NCBI GenBank assembly: GCA_963678315.1
Contig: OY782781.1
Location: 2,400,001-2,464,000, forward strand
Direction: 5' to 3'
Length of the DNA: 64,000 nt
From: Candidatus Cloacimonadales bacterium
GTDB taxonomy: Bacteria; Cloacimonadota; Cloacimonadia; Cloacimonadales; JAFGVF01
The notes under the pieces are model-generated. The model had not been told where the DNA came from and did no database searches. It was given only the letters and a program-made list of their open reading frames with translations. Below are positions 51,871-60,485 of this stretch, piece after piece; position 1 is the first letter of the stretch, and each line of letters opens with the position of its first letter. Position numbers and translations under genes: made by a program.

Positions 51871-52086
51871 CTAATTGTTTTCGACTACATGGTAATAAGA
51901 TCCATCAATCTCGACAACTAGGATATTTTCTTCTTCGTCATGAAATATTACATTGAACCCTTTTGAATTAAGAGCTGTTAGTTGAGCAGTTGAAATTTTA
52001 GGCAACAAGCTATATTCTTCTTGACAATAGACATTACAAGCTATAATTAGTAGAATAATTAGAATCAAAAATCTATTTTGTTTCAT
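51871..52086 (-). CDS. Small exported protein
   Basis: 71 aa with signal peptide; AGGAGG RBS. Confidence 0.65.
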   Translation of the reverse strand: MKQNRFLILIILLIIACNVYCQEEYSLLPKISTAQLTALNSKGFNVIFHDEEENILVVEIDGSYYHVVENN

Positions 52087-52181
52087 TTTTCCTCCTATAT
52101 AAAAGAGAAAAAAGTAATAGATTTTCTTCTAAGTGGTTGCTAAATTATTGGTATATATTATGATAAAGGTACAACAGTTAT

Positions 52182-53135
52182 ATGGATATAGACTATGATA
52201 ATGTTTTAAAGATATGTAGGGAAATAGGATTTAGATATTTAAATAATCAAGACGAAGTTCAAGAAGTTTCACAACTTGTTGCAATAGATTTATTCAATAA
52301 TCTGGATAAAATCAATCCTGAAAGAATTAATGGCTGGCTGTTCACCGTTACAAAACATAAGTGCTTTGCAATAATAAAAAGTAAGAAAAACTCCAAAGAA
52401 GTACTTACAGATACCTCTTTCTTCAATAAGTTATGTAGTGCTAAGGAGATGAAAGAAGATACATCTGAAGATGAACTCGATTTATATAAATATGACTTCA
52501 TTTCTACTCAGAACAAAGCTATATTAGACCGATATTACCATGAACACCACTCAATTGAAGCTCTTGCAAGAGCCTACAAAATTAAAGCTAAAACGTTGAA
52601 ACAGAGAATCTATAAAATAGAGCAAGAGATAAAACTCTTTCATCTAGTAAATAGTAATAAATTAGCCTTCGATTCATTACCATCTACTAAATTAAACAAC
52701 AATTTACTCAATTTTCTTAGAAAACTAAAAACGGCTTTAGAATCAAATAAGTTGCAAGAGATGACTACTTACCTTGAAGACTGTATTATACATGATTCAA
52801 TAAACAAAATTAACATGATGAAATTTAGAACTAGCAAAATTAGAATTATAGGTCCAAATAAATATAAATTTCTGGTGACTTATATTAATGAGAAGCAACA
52901 ACCTAGATTCTTTTTTATTGCTTTTGAATTAAGAGGAAAGAATGGTATTCATATCACTGAATTACCTATTTTCCCTAAAGAAGTCTCATTGATAGAGGTT
53001 TCAGAAAAATCCAAAAAGCTGAAATCTAAGGATCTTGCTGGGGAAAAAGGGTGGTACAATCAAAAATTAGGAAGCACAGAAGATTTAAGAAGAGAAGGTC
53101 GGCTTGAATTGATCCAAAAAGGGGAAGATATCTAG
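52182..53135 (+). CDS. ECF-like sigma factor with long C-terminal extension
   Basis: region 2-like 'YLNNQDEVQEVSQ..GWLFTVTKH', region 4-like HTH 'SIEALARAYKIKAKTLKQRI'; roughly 160 extra aa. Confidence 0.65.
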   Translation: MDIDYDNVLKICREIGFRYLNNQDEVQEVSQLVAIDLFNNLDKINPERINGWLFTVTKHKCFAIIKSKKNSKEVLTDTSFFNKLCSAKEMKEDTSEDELDLYKYDFISTQNKAILDRYYHEHHSIEALARAYKIKAKTLKQRIYKIEQEIKLFHLVNSNKLAFDSLPSTKLNNNLLNFLRKLKTALESNKLQEMTTYLEDCIIHDSINKINMMKFRTSKIRIIGPNKYKFLVTYINEKQQPRFFFIAFELRGKNGIHITELPIFPKEVSLIEVSEKSKKLKSKDLAGEKGWYNQKLGSTEDLRREGRLELIQKGEDI

Positions 53136-53378
53136 TTCAATTTTGAACAGAATCAACTATAGTTTTCTTAGTAGAAATCAGCTTTTAAAAGCAAAAGTTC
53201 TATTGCTATAAACTTGACTCATAAATATTAAGTACTCTCACATAATCTATAGTATTTTCTACCTATATTCAATCATAAATAATTATGATAATCAAAATAT
53301 TGCACTTAATGTTAACGCATATATGCTGAAATTTAGCAAAGACAAACCCATCATTTAATACCTGATGGGCTTTATTAT

Positions 53379-53747
53379 TTACCATGTTCTTACCTTGTAA
53401 GTTATGTCATTATACTCAAATTGCTCTAAATCAATCTTAGCTTTTATAGCTACTCTTTCAAATAACTGACCTAGTTCATCACGTTCACCAGTCTCAATAA
53501 AAGCCTGACTTGTCATACTATCAAGGGCATTAAACTCGATAACAGCCTTTTCGATTAGTTCAATTTTAATCTCTTGTTTAGCTCTTAAACCAGCCTTTGC
53601 TAAATCTTCAAGTAAAGTATCCATAATTTTAACAGCTAGATCACAGTTAATTTTACTGTATTGTTTTAAACCTCTTTTATAATATGTTCTCCACTCTTCA
53701 AATGGGTATCCTGCTTTTAACTGTTCTAATCTTTCTTTATAAGTCAT
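53379..53747 (-). CDS. Hypothetical protein
   Basis: 122-aa ORF with AGGAG RBS and downstream hairpin; 'IETGERDEL' motif. Confidence 0.7.
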   Translation of the reverse strand: MTYKERLEQLKAGYPFEEWRTYYKRGLKQYSKINCDLAVKIMDTLLEDLAKAGLRAKQEIKIELIEKAVIEFNALDSMTSQAFIETGERDELGQLFERVAIKAKIDLEQFEYNDITYKVRTW

Positions 53748-54026
53748 CGTTAACTCCTTTTAGTTCATTAATTTATGTCTCTACATTATAACTTTAATGA
53801 AAGAAGTCAAGTCAAATAAGCACTATTTTATGTATTTATCTCACTATTTTGCAGTATGTTACAGGTGCATTTTAATAGAATAATATAACAAATTGAACTT
53901 AGTAAAAACAGCATATGGTAGGGAGTCGAAAATTATAACTAAAATTATGAGTCAAACAGTTCAGAGCGAGGAATATCGCATAAGTGATTATTTAATAAAC
54001 AGTTATGTTAAACATTAAAGTAATTC

Positions 54027-54356
54027 TGGAAATTGTGACATCACTTATTCCTTTTTACTCTTCTGGAAAATATCTTGTCACAAATTATCAAGGTATATTT
54101 TTGCTAACTGTTTAATTATTAGTACTTTATAAAATGGAAATTATGCTGACCCCCAAAGGACAGCTATTTTTCCTTAATAAGCTAAATCATAGGTAATATG
54201 GAAAATATTATGTCATATTTGCTTTTATTAGATTATTAGTCATAAGTCATTATTTTATAAATAGTTATGGAGACATGTAGTACAGTTTTGTGGGGGGTAG
54301 TGGAAATTACGCTGACCTCAAATGGCAAAAACGGGTGTCACTTCTTATTTGAGACA
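54027..54356 (-). repeat. Right-end motif array (inverse of left-end motif)
   Basis: TGGAAAATATCTTGTCAC, TGGAAAATATTATGTCAT, TGGCAAAAACGGGTGTCAC, TGGAAATTA(T/C)GCTGACC x2. Confidence 0.6.
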
Positions 54357-54541
54357 GCGAGTGAGATATCGAGAATAATCAATCTCTTGAAAATGAACTT
54401 ACATACTGTGAAAGTAGTATTATAATTTATTGCTTGTCAAAAAAGTATTGTGTAGCACAATATGTTTATTATATAGGTTAAATGAAAATGACATTAATAA
54501 AAGACTTAAGAAACGAGCATAAAACTAAGGGAGATATTACT

Positions 54542-56350
54542 ATGATTTTAGAAAAATTAATAAAAAAAATAGCGTTGACTGTACTTCTATTTACTGCAAC
54601 AATTATAAATGCAGAAACAGTGAATTTTCCAGCAAACATAATTTATCCATCAAGCGAAGAGACAACAGGAACATTTCAAGTTTATGACAATGAAGACTTA
54701 ATACATACAGAAGAAATTACAATTCCTGCAGATGCTGACAACTATCTTTTCCAATATACTTCAACTCCAAATTCAAATGATGAAGTAAATTCTATTTATT
54801 CTAAAATATCAATATATCCAAATCCAACAACAGGGAAATTCAATGTTACTTCTGATAATAAAGGTTTAATTCCAAATATTATCACAAAAAAAATAACAAT
54901 AGAAAATCCAACAAAACTATACCTAAATTATGATAAGAATAAATTTAAGAAATTAGAAGTTTTTAATATAAAAGGACAAAAAGTTAAATCAAATGAAAAA
55001 TTAGCTACAGGTTCTTACATAATAAAATGTTTTGCAAATGAAGATTATAATAATAAATTCAAACATAATTCTAAGAATAGTGAATATAAAGAAAACTTTG
55101 AAAATTATACAGCAACATTTGAAACAACAAGTATTAATACATTACCAAAAGCTTATGAACTTTATGAAAATATTGATAATGTAATAGAACTAGAAAACAT
55201 GATTCAAACTCAATTTACTTTAATAAATCCTGATGGAACAGAATATACTAATCAAGTTAAACTAATTACGAGAAATTCAGAGACAGGAACTACTCTAGAA
55301 CAAGATATTGTATCTGGATATCCAATAAATCTCTTCAAATTTGGAGAATCTGGATTATTTGCAATAAACGATCAAGACATAAAATACTCTTTTCAAATTT
55401 ACAATGGAACAGAAGAAACTATAGCAGATGGAATTGCATTATCAAATGCAAGAGCAGAGGCTATTGGCGATGGAACAAATCCTGATAACACAGTATATTT
55501 TATATTACATAATAAATACAATGAAGAAATTGACGGATTCCCTGGACAAACAGACAAACAACATATGTCAATATTAAAGGAAACAAATGGTGGGAATAAA
55601 ATTAAAGGGTTTAAATTTTGTAGTCTTCAAAATCTTCCGAATGAGCAACTTTATTTTTATGTCCTTGATTATACATTAAATCACCCTGAAAAAACAGAAC
55701 AAGAACTTCAAAACGGTGCAATAAATTACAACAATAGATTTGCATATTTAATGAGTCTAATAACAACATATTCAGGAGAAATTCCATATATAAATCCAAA
55801 CACAAGAGAAATTATAAATCCAGAAAATTCTTTATTTAAAATAATATCATTGCAAAATGATCAAGAATTACCTACAATTGGGCAAGGTATAATATTTGAT
55901 GATACAGGAACAGCTTATTCAGTAGCAATATTAGATAATGACCAATATAAAATAAATTTTACTATAGCTGATTTTAGTAGATACCATCATTTCGATTCAA
56001 ATACAGATTTGAATTCAAATGAAATGGCTGAAACTGGAGCAGCTTTAGGAAATACATCTTATGCATTAGACATTCATGGAGGTTATTCTAAATTCCCACA
56101 AGCAACAAATTTTGAAAGTTCAGACTATCTTCCGGGAGATAAAGGAATTATGTTAGAAGGATTTCTAGGAAAACCTGGGGTAAAAAAGATTCAAAGTATT
56201 GCAAAAATGAACTATGATGAAGAAAATGATATATATACTTTGTCAAATAAAAACAATGAATATATAGGAATTGATCCATCAGAAGATGATCAAATTCTTA
56301 TATTTGATGGAGATAGACAATATACAAATCTAATCCAAAGAATAGATTAA
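54542..56350 (+). CDS. Secreted protein with internal Por/T9SS-like domain
   Basis: signal peptide after ATG 54542 (GGAG RBS); 'ISIYPNP', 'VFNIKGQKV', 'GSYII' in the N-terminal third. Confidence 0.65.
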   Translation: MILEKLIKKIALTVLLFTATIINAETVNFPANIIYPSSEETTGTFQVYDNEDLIHTEEITIPADADNYLFQYTSTPNSNDEVNSIYSKISIYPNPTTGKFNVTSDNKGLIPNIITKKITIENPTKLYLNYDKNKFKKLEVFNIKGQKVKSNEKLATGSYIIKCFANEDYNNKFKHNSKNSEYKENFENYTATFETTSINTLPKAYELYENIDNVIELENMIQTQFTLINPDGTEYTNQVKLITRNSETGTTLEQDIVSGYPINLFKFGESGLFAINDQDIKYSFQIYNGTEETIADGIALSNARAEAIGDGTNPDNTVYFILHNKYNEEIDGFPGQTDKQHMSILKETNGGNKIKGFKFCSLQNLPNEQLYFYVLDYTLNHPEKTEQELQNGAINYNNRFAYLMSLITTYSGEIPYINPNTREIINPENSLFKIISLQNDQELPTIGQGIIFDDTGTAYSVAILDNDQYKINFTIADFSRYHHFDSNTDLNSNEMAETGAALGNTSYALDIHGGYSKFPQATNFESSDYLPGDKGIMLEGFLGKPGVKKIQSIAKMNYDEENDIYTLSNKNNEYIGIDPSEDDQILIFDGDRQYTNLIQRID

Positions 56351-56474
56351 TTAAAAAAAGTGACACCCAAATTTTCTAGTTGAACACCTATAGATGTTTT
56401 TTTATTAAGTTGTTATCTATTTATCTCACTTCAGCTTAACTCTTGTGAAAATACCAGTGTCACCAATCATGGAT

Positions 56475-57203
56475 TTAGATAACCCTAAACAAGAAAACCA
56501 TTTCGCCTAAGATCCTGAAGGTCTCAAGCTCAAAGTCTTCGATTATTATTACATCGAAATCTGGATTAAGAGGTTTAAGAATAACTCTTCTTTTCTCTTT
56601 ATCGAATTGTAGCTTTTTGAGTGTGACACCTTCAGGAGTCTGACAGGCACTAATTTTACCATTCAGACTTGGGATATCAATAGACTCTTTAATTACTACA
56701 ACATCTCCATGCATGATTTTTGGGGACATACTATTTCCATTAACTTTAAGTGCAATGTATTTATTTTCTTGATCTGACAAATAAGCTTTAGGTATCTCAA
56801 TATACTTTGAAGGTGAATCATCATAACCATTCATTGGAGTACCAGCTGCAATCTCTCCATATATAGGAAGAGTAATGTTCCTGGAATCGAATGGATTTAG
56901 TTTATGTTGATATACTGAATTGCTTCCTGTCATCTCTTCTATGTTCTTTTTATGTCCATCTCCATATAGATTTCCATCAGAGTCTAAAACAAACATTCCA
57001 CCCTTACCAGTTAATAACCAATTTAAGTTCAAACCATAGCGTTCGTTGATACGAGCCATAGCTGTAGCCGATGGTTTACTAGGTTTTTTTCTGTTTAACC
57101 AATCTGATAGATTACCTGACGTTACTTCGATGGTCTTCGCAAATTCGGAACGCTTTATATCAAGAGCATTTACGAACATCAACAGCCTATCTTTTATATC
57201 CAT
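56475..57203 (-). CDS. Second CI/LexA-like repressor (paralogue of 21075-21803)
   Basis: 242 aa with only a few substitutions relative to the first; many synonymous changes. Confidence 0.9.
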   Translation of the reverse strand: MDIKDRLLMFVNALDIKRSEFAKTIEVTSGNLSDWLNRKKPSKPSATAMARINERYGLNLNWLLTGKGGMFVLDSDGNLYGDGHKKNIEEMTGSNSVYQHKLNPFDSRNITLPIYGEIAAGTPMNGYDDSPSKYIEIPKAYLSDQENKYIALKVNGNSMSPKIMHGDVVVIKESIDIPSLNGKISACQTPEGVTLKKLQFDKEKRRVILKPLNPDFDVIIIEDFELETFRILGEMVFLFRVI

Positions 57204-57365
57204 TTGATCTCCTATTTTATATATGTTTTAATTTCGCATTGTTGCACACTGATGCGATTGATGGAAAATATTCCTTGACTATCTTCGCACTTTTTAGCTT
57301 TATAGATTTAGTAATCATTATTTGCAACATTGCGAACAATGTCAATAAGAATTTAGGAGGTTCAA

Positions 57366-57726
57366 ATGAGATAACCCAATCATCCTGCTGTAATAAGATC
57401 AGATATGACTCTTAAAAGACTCACAACAAAGGCATTAGCCGAACGCTTATCCATCTCCAGAAGATCTTTAGATTATAATATTATTGAAGGAAGGTATATA
57501 CGAAAAGCAGAAGTTGTCTTAGAAATTCTTCAACCAGAGCTTGTTGAAATAAGTGAAATATGACGATTCTAGCAAAGACTTAGTACCACGAATTCAAGTT
57601 CCTGAAAGTGAGCTAATGAGAGCTCAGTTAAAAGCTGAACTTTGTTAGAGGATACTTTCTGAATATGAGAAGATAGTTGTAAAAAAAACATGCTATTTCA
57701 AATGTATTAGACGCTTATAATTCAGG
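57366..57726 (+). pseudogene. Decayed ner and 5' transposase fragments
   Basis: homologous to 21966-22632; TAA at codon 3 of ner, deletion of about 300 bp, stop and frameshift in transposase part. Confidence 0.9.
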
Positions 57727-57744
57727 GTTAATCTATACTGCTTG

Positions 57745-57793
57745 CTTACTTGCCTCCTTGAAAAATCGGCTTTTTTTCAAGGAGGCAAGTAAG
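57745..57793. repeat. 49-bp palindrome (REP-like)
   Basis: CTTACTTGCCTCCTTGAAAAA-TCGGCTT-TTTTTCAAGGAGGCAAGTAAG; 40-bp copy at 3766-3805. Confidence 0.8.
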
Positions 57794-58238
57794 GTTCAAG
57801 AGTAACGGTAGTTTATCTTAAATAAGTAATCATAAAATCAGTATGTTGAAATTCATCCACAAATATCGATATGTTACGCCTATGTTTTGGTGCTACATGG
57901 CCTTTAATATAAGGGTTTTATAAGTAATAAGATTTTTATTAATAAGGAATAATAGTATAAAACTAATTCAATAACTGATTGTAAGTATGGAGATTTTATA
58001 TATTACAATACTCTACAATAGCAAAATACAAGCAAAATGAAGTGTTTGCACTTATATGCATGTAGTTAAGAGTCATAGTTTTGTAGACTATCTCTATTTT
58101 TATGTATATCAGACCAAATTACTAGAAATTAGAATATAAGCTATTGACAGGTGACAATAAACAACTACATTCAAGTTATATACAAAGAGACTTAAGAATA
58201 CTCATTAAGTAAAAAGATAATTCTTTAAGGAGGATATC

Positions 58239-60344
58239 ATGAAAAAAATTGTTGGTTCACTTTTATTAATTCTTATTGCAAGTTACTGCTTTGGTGCTGG
58301 TGTTGCAATCTTTAACTGGGAACAAGGTATAGGTATGCCTTTAACATCTGATTCTTACGAAATATCTATTGAAAACCAAGTAGCTGTAGTTACAACTACT
58401 TCTACTTTTATGAACATCCCGTCATTTACAGACCATCTTATCTATGCTACTCCCCTTCCTTTAGGAGCAAGTGCCACATCTTTACAGTATAGATTTGATG
58501 ATGTTTGGTTTGAAGCTCAGTTTTCAGCTATTCCGGATTCTGGGGGTACTGGTCCTGGTCCTAATGATGATGTAAATCCACAACTGGAGGCTTATCTTGG
58601 AGAAAACCCTCTATATTACGATATAGAAGCGGATTTTAACACTATCACAGAAATCACTATCAAAGTAACCTATGTAATGCTACTTGAAAGTCAATTTAGT
58701 CATACCGATATAATGATACCTGCACTTTCTGAAAACATCTTACTATGGGGTGATATTGATTTTGATGTAGATATAGAATTGACATCTTTACAATCTTTAG
58801 AACAAGTATATGACAACAACTTGCACTTTGATGAAACACCATCAGATGCTCATCACTATGAAGTGAATTATTCAGAAACATTTAATGCTAGTGAAGTTCC
58901 TTACTCAGTACAAAATATTAACTTCTACTATGAAGTGGCTGATAATGAATTTGGAGCTTTTGGCTTTAGTACAATGATTCCTGAAGAAGATGTTCCTGAC
59001 ACAAATCCTAATGGTTTTTTTACATATATCATTGAGCCTAATCCTACCGAAGCAGCTGCAGTATTACCAAAAGCTTTTACATTAATCATTGATAAATCTG
59101 GTTCCATGTATGGGAATAAGATTGTCCAAGCTAAGCAGGCTGCAAGTTATATTGTAAATAATCTTAATGAAGATGACCTTTTCAATATAGTTACATTCTC
59201 ATCTTACTCAGTAAGCTATAGTGATCAGCTAACTACTGTTAGTCCTGAAAACACTAATGAAGCGCTAGAATTTATCAACAGTATAAATGCTCAAGGTTCT
59301 ACCAATATTAGTGGCTCTTTTTCTACAACATTAGATATTTATGAGAACACTACTGCTACACAAGAGTGCGTTAATATAATAATTTTCCTTACTGATGGAC
59401 AAGCAACTTCAGGTATTACTAATGATGATCAACTTGTTTCATATATCACAAATCTAGTTGAGCAATCATCTGAGAACTTTAGTATCTATCCAATTGGAAT
59501 CGGTTATGATAATTTTTCAAGAAGATTACTAAGCCTTATTGCTTCAGAGAATCATGGTTCTTCACTCTTTATTGAAGATAATGACCTAGAAGTAGATTTG
59601 ACCCAATTCTATAACACAATTAAGAATCCTGTAGTGATTGATCCAGAGCTTACTTTTTCAAACAACTCAGGTGTTTCTGAAGTCTATCCTCAAGTGCTGC
59701 AGAATCTATATAAAGGTAATCAATTAATAATCTCAGGTCGTTATTCAAATCCTTCAGATGTTACCCTAAATCTTTCAGGTACTGCTAACTATGAAGAAGT
59801 AAACTATTCATACCCCCTCGAGTTGGCTTCTTTTGAAGATATTGACAAAGCATTCTTGACTAAGATATGGGCTAAGCAAAAGATAGAACATCTATTGGTT
59901 GAATACTACAACAATGAGGGAACTGGATATGCAGAAGAGGTTCGAGAAGACATAATTGAACTAAGTATGACTTTTGGAGTTATCTCACCTTTCACTGAAT
60001 TTACAGGCGGAGATGTGCCTATTGAAGAGGAAGAAATTGAAGGCAATAATGTAGCCTCAGCTCCAATCCAGATTATTGGTAACTATCCTAATCCTTTTAA
60101 TCCTGAAACTACAATCAGTTTCCAAGTAAACAGTAATTTAAAAGGTAATGTTAAAGTTAAGATTTTCAATCTTAAAGGACAAGTAGTTAAAGTTCTTGGA
60201 GTTCATGTTGATGGTAAAGGTAACTATTCTGTTGTATGGAATGGACTTGATAGTTCTGGTAAAGAGTGTGCATCAGGCGTTTACTTCTACACTGTAGATT
60301 GGGGTCAAGGTTGTTTATCATCTAAAATGATATTGGTAAAATAG
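58239..60344 (+). CDS. Secreted VIT + vWA (inter-alpha-trypsin inhibitor-like) protein with FlgD-Ig CTD
   Basis: MIDAS 'DKSGS', 'FLTDG', 'KIWAKQKI', 'NYPNPFNPETTI'. Confidence 0.88.
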   Translation: MKKIVGSLLLILIASYCFGAGVAIFNWEQGIGMPLTSDSYEISIENQVAVVTTTSTFMNIPSFTDHLIYATPLPLGASATSLQYRFDDVWFEAQFSAIPDSGGTGPGPNDDVNPQLEAYLGENPLYYDIEADFNTITEITIKVTYVMLLESQFSHTDIMIPALSENILLWGDIDFDVDIELTSLQSLEQVYDNNLHFDETPSDAHHYEVNYSETFNASEVPYSVQNINFYYEVADNEFGAFGFSTMIPEEDVPDTNPNGFFTYIIEPNPTEAAAVLPKAFTLIIDKSGSMYGNKIVQAKQAASYIVNNLNEDDLFNIVTFSSYSVSYSDQLTTVSPENTNEALEFINSINAQGSTNISGSFSTTLDIYENTTATQECVNIIIFLTDGQATSGITNDDQLVSYITNLVEQSSENFSIYPIGIGYDNFSRRLLSLIASENHGSSLFIEDNDLEVDLTQFYNTIKNPVVIDPELTFSNNSGVSEVYPQVLQNLYKGNQLIISGRYSNPSDVTLNLSGTANYEEVNYSYPLELASFEDIDKAFLTKIWAKQKIEHLLVEYYNNEGTGYAEEVREDIIELSMTFGVISPFTEFTGGDVPIEEEEIEGNNVASAPIQIIGNYPNPFNPETTISFQVNSNLKGNVKVKIFNLKGQVVKVLGVHVDGKGNYSVVWNGLDSSGKECASGVYFYTVDWGQGCLSSKMILVK

Positions 60345-60424
60345 TATAAGATCACTTGTACAAAAATTCATTCTATTATGTTATTTGTTAAGTGAATAAA
60401 TTAGGTAAACTTAAAGAATAAATA

Positions 60425-60457
60425 AGCGTTAGATTTAAGAATATTAAGTCTAACGCT
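60425..60457. terminator. Hairpin between convergent genes
   Basis: AGCGTTAGATTTAA...TTAAGTCTAACGCT. Confidence 0.55.
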
Positions 60458-60485
60458 ATTATTTATATTAATTAAAAACTGAGTC

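Larger units (their letters stand above)
17578..54356 (+). mobile_element. Transposable (Mu-like) prophage, probably tail-defective; boundaries approximate
   Basis: repressor, Ner, DDE transposase, MuB ATPase, DUF3164, GemA, terminase, MuF, portal, capsid; inverted end-motif arrays at 17.3-18.0 kb and 54.0-54.35 kb; no TSD found. Confidence 0.8.

Noticed and set aside
17499..54403. Exact TG...CA ends with target-site duplication (TGTACTTC / GAACTTACA)
   Set aside because: Flanks CTAGT and TACTG differ; none of the TG/CA pairs I tried gave a 5-bp duplication
34065..60344. Diversity-generating retroelement or invertible cassette acting on the shared C-terminal domains
   Set aside because: No reverse transcriptase or invertase in the window; CTD similarity is at protein level, not near-identical DNA repeats
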